Of a stretch of 64,000 nucleotides of DNA, positions 1-13,224 are shown one piece after another. Numbering within the stretch: position 1 is the first letter of the stretch; each line of letters begins with the position of its first letter. This stretch comes from Eledone cirrhosa (taxonomy: Eukaryota). Where the stretch lies: positions 213,218,001-213,282,000 of the forward strand of contig OZ024740.1 of assembly GCA_964016885.1 (NCBI GenBank). The letters are read 5' to 3'. A model generated the notes under the pieces. It had not been told where the DNA came from, did no database searches, and worked only from the letters and a program-made list of their open reading frames with translations. The translations under genes and the position numbers were made by a program.

Positions 1-117
1 TTTTGAGACAATATTCTAATGCCTTTTGATGCCAACCCCCTGATGAAGTCACAGAATATATATATCATCACCATTCAATGTCTGGTTTCCCATCTATACA
101 TATATCAACGGCTAGCA

Positions 118-367
118 TTAACTCTTTAGCATTTAAACCGGCTGTATTCTGCCAGAATTCCCTCACTTTACTGTTCAAACCGGTTGCTCATACTGATGTT
201 AAGGTATTGTTCTCAAAATAAATAATATCAAAATCTCATAGATTCAATATTACGAGAGATAATATGTGAGATAAAGCCTTTACCATGAAAATACAATAGT
301 ATATATAGAGTAATGTAAATTGAAAATACAATAGTATATATAGAGTAATGTAAATGCTAAAGGGTTA

Positions 368-368
<1 letters not shown>
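118..368. mobile_element. piggyBac-type MITE, family 1
   Basis: TTAA-flanked with TIR (C/T)CTTTAGCATTTA...TAAATGCTAAAGGG. Related copies at 37255, 39421, 46551 and 48312. Confidence 0.7.
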
Positions 369-443
<75 letters not shown>

Positions 444-669
444 TATAAATATAAATACATATATATATATATAGATACATACATATTTATATATACATAC
501 ACATACATATATGTTTGTATGGTCCCGTAACTCCTGATAGAGTTGTAGGGGGCGCCGTATTACAATACAGCGTTTCTTGGACATTTTAAGCCAGGCGGAG
601 CCCACCCCTCTCCAAGCTTGAGTACAGCAGATTTCTTCCAGAGAAAATAAGAAAGAGATATAGAGGAAG

Positions 670-1000
670 AATCGACCCCAGTACTTAACTGGTACTTTTT
701 TTATCGACCTCAAAGAGATGAAAGGTAAAGTTGATCTCAGCGGGATTTGAGAGCCGGAACAAATACCATAACGCATTCTATCCGATGTTCTAACAAGAAT
801 GCCAATTCACCACCTATATTACATATATACATATACATACGTATACATACATATACACACATATATACATATATATATATATATATAATTGTTTCTACGT
901 TAGGCACAAGGCCAGCAATTACCCAGTGCATTACTGGTACTTTATTTTATCGACCCCGTAAGGATGAAAGGCAAAATTAACCTTGGCGGGATTTGAACTC
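670..1000 (-). mobile_element. Two partial tRNA-derived SINE family B copies
   Basis: Reverse complement of the gagttcaaatcccg...gcctttcatcc...ggtcgataaaataaagtaccag core seen at 9646-10035. Confidence 0.65.
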
Positions 1001-1296
1001 ATATATATATATAATATATATATATATAATATATATATATATAATAATAGATGTTAAGACGTAATAGATGTAGATCCAAAGAGGGCTCGAGAAGGATAAA
1101 TATATAGGTCCCGTAAAAGCAACGATTTTTTGCTTAAACTTTAATCTGTTATTTTAATATTTCTACAAACTGACCAATGAGAATTAAGACTATTCCTGCT
1201 GACCACATTAAATTATTCCTAACAAGCTCATATGTCCTAAGGCTCTGATACCATCAACACTATAAACACAGAGCTGGCATATCTAAGAACTGACTA

Positions 1297-1352
1297 ACTG
1301 CCTGATGAGGTCGTAGCCATTTAATGGCTATCATCAAAATATATATAGCAGT
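1297..1352 (+). ncRNA. Degenerate type I hammerhead motif (G12A core change)
   Basis: actgc-CTGATGA-ggtcgtagccatttaatggctatcatc-AAAA-tatata-TA-gcagt. Stem I actgc/gcagt, stem II tagccat/atggcta, palindromic stem III. Confidence 0.45.
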
Positions 1353-1393
1353 AAATAAAGGATTATGAGTTCATGCAATTGACTTATGTTTCG

Positions 1394-1451
<58 letters not shown>

Positions 1452-1556
1452 CATCATCGTTTAACATCTATCTTCCACACTACCATGAGTTAGATGGGAT
1501 TGTCCCACTTGAGGCAAGATTGGTTGGGTGACCGTGTCTTGTTCATATAGGACGGC

Positions 1557-1587
<31 letters not shown>

Positions 1588-1764
1588 TACACATGAAACT
1601 TGTTTAAAGGAGTGAAAATCCTCTCAAAATGTTCCAGAATGACATGATACTTAAAAATTAAAATTTAGCACCACAGAAATTTTGAATAGATTTTCAATTT
1701 CCCTGCTTCTAATTTTTATATTTTTAATAAAGTTTCCAAAACCACTCAAAGTTTTGAAAACTTT

Positions 1765-1995
1765 GGTTAGAATGTCTGAGGAAAGAATTGCTGGACATAT
1801 TTTATGGGCAAAACCAACTGGCAAGAGACCCATGGGTAAACACCGAGCAAGATGGTTGGATAACATCCATGAGCTTGGCTGGTCACGCTTGGGGATCCAG
1901 CCGGATCAGTTGAGGATGGTTGCTTCTGAGAAGACACACTGGAAGGAGTGTTTGAGGACTCTGCCCCCTCAGGAATAAGTGGGAGAAGAAAAAGA
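1765..1995 (+). mobile_element. 3' fragment of second RTE-clade LINE family
   Basis: RMSEERIAGHILWAKPTGKRPMGKHRARWLD C-terminal RTE motif. The same 3' sequence occurs at 6495-6602, 14370-15030, 46279-46442 and 54478-54885. Confidence 0.7.
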
Positions 1996-2479
1996 AAGTT
2001 TTCAAAACTGCTAAAGAGTTACTCAAGATCACAAGTAAAATATCATTGATTTGGTTGCAAGGATATTTACCAACTGTATTTACAAAATAACAAATATTAC
2101 ATATCAAGTTAGAAATCACATTATTTAACCATTATGTGTTACCATCCCAGGTTCTATGAAATAAAGTCACCCATTTTAAAGGTTGCTGATTTAAATTAAA
2201 ATCTTCCAACATAATTTTATATAAGAACCTTATATTAAGTTACTATCTTAGTAATGAAATAATTAATAATTCTAGTAAATCCCTCAAAATTCCACATTAA
2301 CCTTCTGTGCACTCTAGGCAATAGAGTAATTTCTCCTTAATACATAATACAGTGTCAAAGGGAAGCAATTCATAAAATGTAGTGGGATTGCAGGCAAGAT
2401 AACAGAGAAGGTAGATTTTATATGTAGTAGATGCACAGAAGCAAGCACTAAGAGCACACATAAAATTGATTCCTTCAGC

Positions 2480-3000
2480 TTCATGGGAGGCTCCTTAGAA
2501 GTTGTTGACAGCTTTTGCTACCTAGAGGACATAATCAACTGTGGGGAAGGATGTTCTGAAAGTCTGATAGCCAGGATAAGAACAGGCTGGAAGAAGTTTA
2601 GAGAATTGTTATCTAACAACAAAGAGCTTTGCTCTGAGAGTGAAGGGTAGACTGTATGATGCCTGTGTGTGTGTGTGAACTGCAATGCTACATGGTAGTG
2701 AGACATGGGCCTTAACTGCAAAAGACTTAACAAGGAAAGAAATTAAATGAGAATGCCCTAATGCCTGAACAACAGCGAGCTGAGATTAAAGCTTGGCATA
2801 AGAAAAATTGAATGTAGCATGCAAGAGAGAAGAATGCAGCGGTATGGACATGTGATGTGTATGGAAGATGACAGCAGTAAAAAAAAAAGGTACATAAAAA
2901 TCTCAGTGGATGGGTCTTGGAGAAGTAGACCCAAGAAGACATAGAATGAAGTGAGAACTAACCTTAAGCTGAACCTCACAAGAGAGATGACAAAGATATA
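2480..3000 (+). mobile_element. Decayed RTE LINE 3' fragment
   Basis: Remnants of SFCYLGD...RIRTGWKKFREL...LHGSETW...GHVM. Confidence 0.65.
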
Positions 3001-5268
3001 CTGTACTGGTGATGACTTGTCTACCGGCTAAAAACTTGACCGGACACATCCATGTACTCCAACTTCCCTCTATCACACCACAGAAGCTAAACCTGACATG
3101 ACCACATCCATGTGTCACCACCATCCCAAACCCGTTATCAGCCCCTAATGATAGTGGCATCTAGCCAGACAAACATGCCACAGATATGACAACCTCCTAG
3201 GGATGATGATCTCACAATAAAAGTAGCCAATACATTCTATAAAGTGATTGGTGATAGGAAAAACGCCAAAGAAAAGATAAGGAGGCCTCTTCAACTGTTT
3301 TAAGAACATGACAACTTCTCTAGAGTTGGAGCCATGATTGCACTTGGTAGAATGCAGGATTGTATTCTGTGTCACTGGCCCACCTAAAGACCAGTGACTC
3401 TACTTAAGTACTGACCAGTTTGTGATGTCAACAGAAGTGGAAAGGCAGCCACAGTGTTCCAGCAAACACACTCTGTTTGGTCAGCCTCAATTATTGGCAT
3501 ATATATCAAACTGTACCTGTACAACACATTCTCCCTACAGCAGTTTATGCTAGTGAGACATGGAATAGCACAGCAAATATCAACAGAAAGCTGAATTCTT
3601 CACTACCTCATCCCAGATCTTCATGGATTTTCCTCTTCCGAGGGTCTCAGCCACCATGATTTCTCTGCATTTTATTATGCAGCTGCTATCTTCCATACAC
3701 TCTCATATATCCATACCAACACAGCCTTCTCTCTTGCACAATACATCCAATTCCTCTTATGCTGAGTTTTTCTCTTAAATAATTAATAATAATAAAAATT
3801 AATGTGTACAGTGCTTAGTGCATTACAACTCATCAAAGGTGCATGTATAGTACATAGAATAATGTACAAATGTCAGGAAAATGAACAGTGTATAAGTCAT
3901 GATATACATGTGTGCGTGTGTATGGAGGTGAGGATATCAGGTGTAGTGTTGGCGAATTTCAGGAAGCATGGAGGTTTTAAAGGATGCAGTGTCTCGACAG
4001 CTAACCACTGATACAGGTAGCTTGTTCCATGCTTCAGCAACTCTGAGCATGAAAAAATGTTTCCAAAAGTCATGGGAGCTGTGCTGTTTTCTGATTTTGT
4101 GGGCAGTCCACGTGTGTTAGACACATGGAATTCAAAAAGGTTGCATTGCCTATAACAGGACAACCCGTCTAACCCATGTTAGCGTGGAAAATGGACATAA
4201 GATGGAGGTGATGATATATGTATATACATGCAAATATATATACCATTATCATGATACATATGTGTATGTGTTAAGTTGGTACCACAAAACATCCAGCCCA
4301 TGTAAAGTGGTCGTGCAGGTGTCACAACAAAAAGCACCCAAGCCGCACTGTAAAGTGGTTGTGTAAAAACACGCAACACACAATGTAAATGTGGCATCCA
4401 GCCGTAGAAAACCAGCCAGAAACAGTCCTATACAAGCAAGAGACAGTCCCCCGACCCAACTTGCCTCTAAATGGAAGAAACCCGCCTAACCCCTGCTAGC
4501 ATGGAAGGTGGACATTAAACAATGATGATGATATATACATCATCATCATCATCATCATCACCCCGCTTTATGTCCGATACATATATATAAAGCCTGTTGT
4601 GCCGAGACCAGGGATGCCACAAATCAGGGTAGAAGCAGAATGGGGTATATGTGTGTGTGTGCGTATGCGCCGTGCATACGAGTTACATGCGTTTGTGATC
4701 TATACATATAGTGTATGTATCATTTGTAATGTGTATAACTTTGATAGGTTTCAGCCAGTATTGGTCCAGGTACAAGTTTATGTGTATAATGTATATATAT
4801 AATATACGTATAGTTTACTATATAAGTAACGTTTTTTAATCTCTTTATTTCCTGATTTCTGTGTTTGTGGCACGGATAACCTTACCCCACACCACTTTTT
4901 CTATCTTAAATTTTTATTCTTTCATCCATCTTTTCTCCTCCCTTTCTATCCCTTACCCAGTCCAGCCACACTCCAGCCTGTATATACACACCTATCATCC
5001 TCTACACCCTCCTGATCTCCATTCTCACTTTGAACCCAACGCAACATTCCTTGGACAGTTTTTCACAATGACACCTCGCACCATATGCTACCACCATTGA
5101 CCAACCCCAACAAGTGATCTAATTCCACACTTTGCACCAAATCACTTCCTACGTAAATTCAAGGTAGATTCTTCATATCCTAGTATACTCCAGGAAAAGC
5201 TTGCTGCACACAAGCTGCAATCACTGGGTGTTACAGTCGGGTTTGTAGATTCCTTTATATATATACAT

Positions 5269-5333
<65 letters not shown>

Positions 5334-6036
5334 CAAAACATGGTCCTCAGACCTTATTCTCTCCCAAAAGGGTCAGTCAGTCCTACCCATGCTTGTGTGG
5401 AAAATGGACGTTAAAAGAAGATGATGATGATATATGTGTGAGTATATATATATATATATAAATCTGGGGAGTACTCTATGCATGGGAAGGTGAATGAGTA
5501 TAGAGGAAGGTAAAATCTGATCATGACACCTATACATGTACACACACACACACACACACATAACAATATACTAACATAATTGTACATATATATATCAATG
5601 TATCAATAGTTCATCCAATATGAAAACTATATTTAACTATCTCTTAGATTGATTTTCAGTTCCTTCAATATTTTATTATTATTTTGAAGCCATATTGTTG
5701 TGTCGCTGATTTTAGATGTTAGAATAACTTATGGCACACAAATGCAAAAAATAAAAACATTTTCTACAACACAGAAGTGTAATAACAATTATGTATGTTA
5801 AAAAAAAATATATTTTGCTTTATAAAAATCAAGTTTTTTACATATTTTTCCTTTTTTTTTTGGTCACATATTTAATAAATGCATATATAAAAATTACAAA
5901 AAAAATGTCATATATATACACACACACACATATATGTATATGTGTGTGTATATATATAATATATATATATGTGTGTGTATGTATGTGTATGCATATATAT
6001 ATATATATAAATATGAATATATGTATGTGTATATAT

Positions 6037-6385
6037 GGAGGCACATGGCTTAGTGGTTACAGCATTGGCCTTGCAATCGAAAAGTTGTGAGTTCAATTCT
6101 TAGACCGGGTGATGTGTTGTTTCCTTGAGCAAGACACTTTATTTCACATTGCTCCAGTTTACTCAGCTGTAGAAATGAGATGATAGGGACTGGGTTCCCT
6201 ATCATTCCACTGCAAAGTGGACGTGTAGGCGCCATGGCAAAAAAGCACCCAGCACTCACTGTAAATGAGGTTGGTGTTAGGAAAGGCATCCAGCTGTAGA
6301 AATCAAGCCAGAATCAGTTCCCGTCCCACCCTTGCAAGCAGGGAAAAGCGGAGGTAAAATGAAATGATGATGAATGAATGATGAT
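6037..6385 (+). mobile_element. tRNA-derived SINE family A (RTE-derived tail)
   Basis: A-box-like TGGCTTAGTGG, B-box-like GAGTTCAATTC, (ATG)n tail. Near-identical copies at 21499, 28970 and 35546. Confidence 0.85.
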
Positions 6386-6624
6386 AAAGGAATAAAAAAA
6401 ATATGAGCGAAGACAGGAAATTGAACGGATACAGACAGTCTCATCTCATCAGTTCACTGCTAAAGATACGTTGTTTCGGTACTTTATATACATATGGGAT
6501 CCAGCCGCATCAGTTGAGACGGTTGCTTCTGAAAGGACCCACTGGAAGGAGTGTTTGAGGACTCTGCCCCCACGACCCTCTCAGGATAAGTGGGCGAAGA
6601 AGATATATATATACATACATACAC

Positions 6625-6668
<44 letters not shown>

Positions 6669-6727
6669 CAGGTGCTTTTGATTTTGAAAGTCGAAATTCT
6701 GAAAAGAAAAAGTTCCAAGCATTATAT

Positions 6728-7066
6728 TTACCTGCCAAAATGATCTGCTTGTTTTGGAGTTGTAGTTAAAGGTGTGTTGCATACTAATGAAAGCTTTTGT
6801 GATGGTCCCATTGTAGAATTAATGGGGTTATTAGGAGTTTGTGAATTTGAAATTGCTGTTGCAGTCGTCAAATTACTAGAAATATTAAAGCTGTTTGTAT
6901 TAGGTTTAGTTGAATTATTTGAATGGTTTATATTGGAGTTGTTTGTAGTAGTAGTAGTAGTAGTATTAGCAGTAGTAGTAGTGTGAGAAGGAGTTTGATG
7001 AAAGTATGCATATTTTAAGGCACTTTTGGCACTTATTCTGTCTTTCGGATTGATGGTAAGCAACCC
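6728..7066 (-). CDS. CDK6: CDK4/6 kinase probable last coding exon (GLLTINPKDRISAKSALKYAYF plus Thr/Asn-rich tail)
   Basis: ttttgcag| acceptor, phase 0. Kinase subdomain XI (L-T-x-NP-x-x-RISA-x-x-AL-x-x-x-YF). TAA at 6730-6728, but the stop overlaps a possible AG|GTAAAT donor. Confidence 0.85.
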   Translation of the reverse strand, partial: GLLTINPKDRISAKSALKYAYFHQTPSHTTTTANTTTTTTTNNSNINHSNNSTKPNTNSFNISSNLTTATAISNSQTPNNPINSTMGPSQKLSLVCNTPLTTTPKQADHFGR

Positions 7067-7095
7067 CTGCAAAATAAAATAAAATCAGAAACATA

Positions 7096-7472
7096 TTAAT
7101 TCTTTAGTAACCATCCCGGCCAAAACTGGCTCTGGTTTTATGAAATAAAACCACCCATTTTAAAGATTTCCAATTTAAATTAAAATCTTCCAATATAACT
7201 TTATATAAAAACCTTACATTAAGTTACTATCTTAGTAATGAAATAACTAATAATTTTAGTAAATCTATCTCTGGTTCTATGAAATATAACTGCCCATTTT
7301 AAAGGTTTCCAATTTAAATTATTAAATCTTCCAACATAATTTTATATAAGAACCTTACAATAAGTTACTATCTTACTAATGAAATAATAATTTTAGTAAA
7401 TTCCTCAAAATTCTTCATTAATTAATTAAAATAGAGCGTACTTCATTAGAAATATGGTGATGAAAGGGTTAA
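7096..7472. mobile_element. piggyBac-type MITE, family 2 (internal duplication)
   Basis: TTAA flanks and a ...GAAAGGG|TTAA end. Copies at 32281-32508 and 55899-56228, partial copy at 2124-2300. Confidence 0.65.
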
Positions 7473-8619
7473 ATAAAACAATACATTCAGAGAGAGAGAA
7501 AAAAAATACAAACATGGTTAGTGTTAGGAAGGCCATCCAGCTGTAAAAAAAACCCAGCCAAAATACAGTTCTATGCGAGCATGGTATGGCGCGGCCAACT
7601 GGCCACACTTGCCTCATAACATAGACAATGTCTGACCCATGCAAGCATGGAAAATAAGCCATTAAATGATGATGATGATAGACACACACATACATACACA
7701 AACAATATAAAAGACTCAGACATGTACACACACACGCACACACACACACACACGCATAATAATGCACATCTATGAAATTCTCCCCATCAGCACATGACAC
7801 TCTACTCCCAACATTCTTAAAAACTTTTTTTTCCAAAATTCTGATGTTCCAACCTCTCTCTCTCACCATTTCCTGAAAAAAGACTTAGACCAAAGCGCCA
7901 AGCCTTCCTCCCAAGCGTGATACTAATAAGACTGTGTGTGTTTTTCCCTGTGTTTTGTGTTATTTCATTAACTTATATGTAAGACAAGTCATGTGATGTC
8001 ACTGGAGAATTTACTACTACAGTAGAATGCCTCACTGTCTTCTAGTGACTAGACTACATCAGATATTCTGGGATGAATACCTGCTGATAGATGCATCTAT
8101 GACTTGCATATACATTGTGCAACCCATGGTGTATTTTCTCGTAATCCCAGAAACATACTGAAAATTTCTATCGATCTTTATCGATTCTTGTCTATTCAAG
8201 ACAGTCCAGGTTAGTCTTCAACCTGTTTGTATATATCGATGTTGTGGTGTTAACTATGGCTACATACATTTGGTTGCTTTATTCTTGGTGTCACACTTTA
8301 TTAACTTTTTGTGTTTACTCTGGATGAAAATGTATTAACTTTTCACACCATCAAGTGCTCTGTAACTGCCTCAAACAATTTGATTAGTATCTGCTATACT
8401 GCGGCTACAACTTCAATTTATACCCATTATTTTTATCATAATCATCACCGTTTAATGTCAATTTTTCCACGCTTGCATGGGTTAGACGGGTCATCCACGG
8501 CGGGAGGCAAGTCTGGCAGGGTTGGCCATTTGTCGCACTTTGCTCCGGCAAGGACTGTAAATTTGGCTGGTTATTTTACAGCTGGATGACCTTCCTAACA
8601 CCAACCATGTTTACAGTGT

Positions 8620-9590
8620 GGAACTGGATAGCTCCATTATGAGAAGTGGCAGACCAGTTGACAGCGCTGAACCCAACTAACAACAGAACCATGTTTTGGG
8701 GCCTTACCCATCACATAGAAGAACCACAGTTTTGGAGCCCAGTACTGGATGGCACCGATATGAGGAGCCTAATCCATCTCACAGCATAGCCACAGTTTTG
8801 GAGCCCATTACTGGGTGGCACCGCTATGAAGAGGAGTTGCGAGTTGACCGTGTGAAACCTATCACACAATGTTACAATAGTTTTGGGGCCCGGTACTGGA
8901 TGACACCGCTATCAGGAGGAACAGATGCAGAACTACAGTTTGGGAGCCTGGCGTTGCATGGCATCACTATGCAAAGGAACAGGCCAGTTGACCAAGCCGA
9001 ACCCTTCTCACTATGGCACCCCAGTTTCGAAGCCGAGCACTCACTACGTGTCAATATGAAACCGGACTCTGGCAACCTAGGATTGGATGGCACTGCTATG
9101 AGGAGGGACAGGTCAGTTGACTGCGCCAAACCCCTCACACAGCTGCACCCCAGCTTCAGAGCCGGCCACTCTCTATGTGACGGAATATTTCTCAAAACGA
9201 AACCGGATAACCATGTGAAGAAGGACAGGAACCACAATTTTTGGAGCCCGGCACTGGATGACACCACTATAAGGAGGAACAGGCCAGTTGGCTGCGCCAA
9301 ACCTTTCTCACAGAGGCACCCCAGTGCTAGATGACACCACTACGAGGAGAAACAGGTCAGTTGGCCGCACCGAACCCTTCTCACAGTGGCATCCCATTTT
9401 CAGAGCTGGACAGTCTCCACACAACGAACCCTTCTCAATATGAAATCACATTGTATGAGCCAGGGCCTATTGGCACCCCAGTTTTGAAGTTGGGCACGTT
9501 CCACACAGCAACCCCTTTTCGATACAAAGCCACATTATGTGAGCCTGGGACTGGGTGGCACCACTATGAGGGGGGACAACGGTGGATCCT
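8620..9590. repeat. Degenerate GC-richer tandem repeat region
   Basis: Recurring modules ttttggagccc..actggatggcacc.ctatgaggagg, aacaggccagttg and aacccttctcaca. Confidence 0.55.
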
Positions 9591-9645
9591 CAACAAAAAT
9601 GTTTTATAACAGATCATGACGCTAATGTATTATTATTATTATTTT

Positions 9646-10035
9646 CGGTGAATTGGCAGTATCGGTAGAGGGTTGGACGCCATGCTTTCTAGCATAGTTA
9701 CGTGCCTTTACAGTCTGCGTTCAAATCCCGCCGTGGTTAACTTTGCCTTTCATCCTTACGGGGGTCGATAAAATAAAGTACCAGTAATGTACTGGGTATT
9801 TGCTGGCCTTGGGCCTAAAGTAGAAACAATTATTTTCAAGGGCGGTGGATTGGCAGTATCGGTAGAGGGTCAGACGCCATGCTTTGCAGCAAAGAGTTAC
9901 GGCCCTTTATGGTCTGAGTTCAAATCCCGCCGAGGTTAACTTTGCCTTTCATCCTTACGGGGTCGATAAAATAAAGTACCAGTAATACACTGGATTAATT
10001 GCTGGCCTTGCGCCAAAAAGTAGAAACAATTATTA
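9646..10035 (+). mobile_element. Tandem dimer of tRNA-derived SINE family B
   Basis: Two ~195-bp copies: TGGCAGTATCGG A-box, GTTCAAATCC B-box, conserved gcctttcatccttacggggtcgataaaataaagtaccag core (resembles the Meta SINE domain, from recall). Confidence 0.8.
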
Positions 10036-10189
10036 TTTTCATTTTTCTCCTTATATAAGCAATCTACCAGCAGACAGAAACCAAACCCTAAGGAGGTATT
10101 AGAGTGCAGTTATCTTAGAGTTACAGGAGAGAAGGTGACGTAATTATGATTCTTTTGTTTGTTCCTTAATCAAACCACAGGTGTAATGT

Positions 10190-10365
10190 GTATTGTGGGT
10201 ATGTGTGTGTGTATTGGGAGCATGTGACTGTATTGGAAGTAGGTGTATGTGTATTGGGAGCAGGTGTGTGTATTGGGAGCAAGTGTGTGTGTGTATTGTG
10301 AGCAGGTGTGTGTATTGAGAGCAGATGGTGTGTATTGGGAGCAGGTGTGTATGTGTGTAGGGAGC
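10190..10365. repeat. ~22-bp GT-rich minisatellite
   Basis: Repeated gtgtgtattgggagca(g/a). Confidence 0.7.
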
Positions 10366-10609
10366 ATTAACTAGTGTTCACATTCCTGAGAAATAGTGGT
10401 AGGCAAGTGACTGAGGTTGTGAGTTTGATTCCTGGAACAAGCAGTGTGTTGTATCCTTGAACAAGACACTTTACTTTTACGATACTCATAATCTACTCAG
10501 CTGCAACAACAATAGTACCATGTTGTATCAACTTTTGCCTTTCCCTTGGACAATATTGGTAGTGTGGAGAGAGCTAAGGTAAGCCAAGCTGAGCTAGACA
10601 GAGTTGTGT

Positions 10610-10860
10610 TAACCTGATCTTGGATAAGATCCAATAATATAGGCCGTCTGATAGTGTTGACTAATAATACAGACATCAGATTCGATAATACAGGTAGTCT
10701 GAAAGTGTTGACTAATAATACAGACATCAGATTCGATAATACAGGTAGTCTGAAAGTGTTGACTAATAATACAGACATCAAATCTGTTGTCGGATTAGAT
10801 CAGATCTGATAATACAGGGAGTCTGATAGTGTTGACTAATAATATAGACATCAGATCCAA
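10610..10860. repeat. 54-bp tandem repeat, ~4 copies
   Basis: Repeated gtctga(t/a)agtgttgactaataatacagacatcagattcgataatacaggta. Confidence 0.8.
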
Positions 10861-11703
10861 TTCTTGGCCTTGACCAGGATCATTAATAGCTAGAAAAAAT
10901 TCAACAACAGTCACTATATTTTGGTCATATATTAGTTTTGTATAAGCTGGTCACTCGATGTCGTTCTTCTTCAGTCATAAAGATCGTTGTTCAAACTGTA
11001 ATTTTCTTGTTTTAAAACCAATTTCAAAGCATTGTAAAGTAAAAATATACACATATTAATATTAGGAATATCTGAATTTAAAAAAAAACAAATAGCCTGT
11101 ATGGTTTAAATTTTGTTTTTTATTGATATTTGTGAAATATATACTTAAGCATATGCTACCGTAAGTCTATTTATTCTAAAACCAATAAATCTAAACAATA
11201 ATAAAGTAAGGACCTCAGGACTGCGTACGGTTTATTTCTTTTAGTAAAGTAAGTTGGATTACTTTGAATAAATATTGAATGAATATCCTAAACCGACGGT
11301 AGTCCGTTTAGTAATATTGTTGTGGTCGTGTTTTCGTTGGCAATCGTCTGTTTACGACAGTACGGCGCGGCTCTACTTTATTTAACTGAGATAAAACTTA
11401 TATGAGCATGAACAGTAGATCATTACGCATCTTTTGGCTTAAAAATCTAGAAATTTGGTCCAGCGGGAAAAAGTTTATAATCAAAGTTTGCTGATAAATC
11501 TTGTGTTCAAGTGAGTGAGTAGTAAGCGTGACGCTAGGGGAGGTAATCCAGAAATGACGTAGCTTTGTCATTAAGCCAGTTGCCTCAACTAGATTGCAAT
11601 TATACTCAAAAGAACTTTAAAATGTCAATCACTTGTCAGTAATTCACTATGATCATTTAATTATTAGATAGTTGTTGCTTGCATTGCCTTAAAAAATAGT
11701 AGG

Positions 11704-12746
11704 CCAGATAGAAAAATGCGTACAGCAAAAAAAAAGTAATATTGTTGGAATATAAACCTTTAAAAATACAGGACAAGAAACTAAAATAAAACTTTAAAAG
11801 AATAGGACAAGAAACTAAGATAAAACTTTAAAAGAATAGGACAAGAAACTAAGATAAAACTTTAAAGAATTGGATAAGAAATAAAAAATTTTACAATAAT
11901 ATTAGTGGCAAAATTTTTTTATTCGTTTCCTGTGCTATGCCCCAGTATCTTCTTGATTAGTGCATAATAATTGTCATGCTCTCATTGTGCGTTGCCCCTG
12001 AGCAGTTGGTTCTGGTTGGGGTTGGTTAGCTGAGCAGTTCTGCTCCGTCAGAATGACCATTGCAAGAAGAATTGGCCGATGCAGCTGCAGGTCTCCTCCA
12101 AGAATGCACGTCTGGTCCCGCAACACCAGACGAAGATGGAGAAGACGACCGGGACAAGATGTCGACTCTGACCACCGACTACGGCACCTCCCTCCCTCTG
12201 TCCCGTCATCCCTCCAGTCCTCCTGCTCCCCCTTCCTGTACCAGAAAGCTGTGGCACGCATTCATCTGGACTGCCGGACTTGAACTCAAAGACAAGATGC
12301 AAGGAGAAAATGGACGGGTTGGTCAAGATCAAGGATGAGCGGGACGACAAGACCGTCCGCTGCTGCTCAAGATCTGTGCTCATGGGCCCATGGGTCCATT
12401 CACATTATGCATGACACATGAGGCGTGTCGCCGAATGATGAAATAGGGGTATGGTTATGGCCCAATTGGTGTTCAAACCAGGATCAAATGATCCCCCCGG
12501 TCTGACGACGACCTCTGAATGTGGAACCCAGAGCCTATGAATATGGAACTCGATTTTTTACCAATAAAAATTTTGCCACTAATATTATTGTAAAATTTTT
12601 TTATTTCTTGTCCAATTCTTTAAAGTTTTATCTTAGTTTCCTGTCCTATTCTTTTAAAGTTTTATTTTAGTTTCTTGTCCTGTATTTTTAAAGGTTTATA
12701 TTCCAACAATATTACTTTTTTTTGCTGTACGCATTTTTCGATCTGG
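11704..12746. mobile_element. Foldback-like element with ~185-220-bp TIRs enclosing a GC-rich ~640-bp core
   Basis: 11704-11923 is the reverse complement of 12563-12746. The TIRs contain ~33-bp subrepeats, with one extra copy on the left. Confidence 0.7.
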
Positions 12747-13224
12747 TTACATAATTTATGTCATAAATTTTGAAACTAAAATTGACTTCTTTTCAAATTT
12801 TCATTCACATTTCTACACTTCCAGTGTATCGTCGCCACCACCACCACTTCAACTACCATATATATAGAAAGAGAGAGTGTGTGATGAGAGAAATAGAGAC
12901 ATTATGATTTTCTACACGCTGACATGTATGAGTGTGCACATGCATACATCTATGTGTATGAGTATATGACTATTATGAGTATATAATTATAATCGCGAAA
13001 ACACAAACTTACATTCACACAAATACACATACATTCACACATACACACATTTACACAAACACACACATACATTCATGATAGCAGCGTTCGGTGAATTAGA
13101 AATGGGAGAGTAAAACAAGTATAACGTTTTATTTATTCATTAAGTCTTTATTTATTTATTAACTTTTTTTTTTTTAAACTCATTTAATATAATGGTTACA
13201 GAACGAAAACACTAACAAATATAA

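Noticed and set aside
35-60. CTGATGA at 40 (also at 50877 and 38781)
   Set aside because: No downstream stem II/GAAA/NUH. Truncated or chance occurrences.
520-610. Twister-like TAACTCC...AAGC...GGAG
   Set aside because: Pseudoknot pairings are absent. The segment reads as a SINE tail on the minus strand.
6037-6110. tRNA gene
   Set aside because: A/B-box head of a multi-copy SINE with no complete cloverleaf.
6440-6480. Minus-strand GAAA...CTGATGA arrangement
   Set aside because: No convincing stem I or stem II.
280-6782. YI/CV/HT-rich short ORFs here and across the window
   Set aside because: Translations of (TA)n, (TG)n and (CA)n microsatellites.
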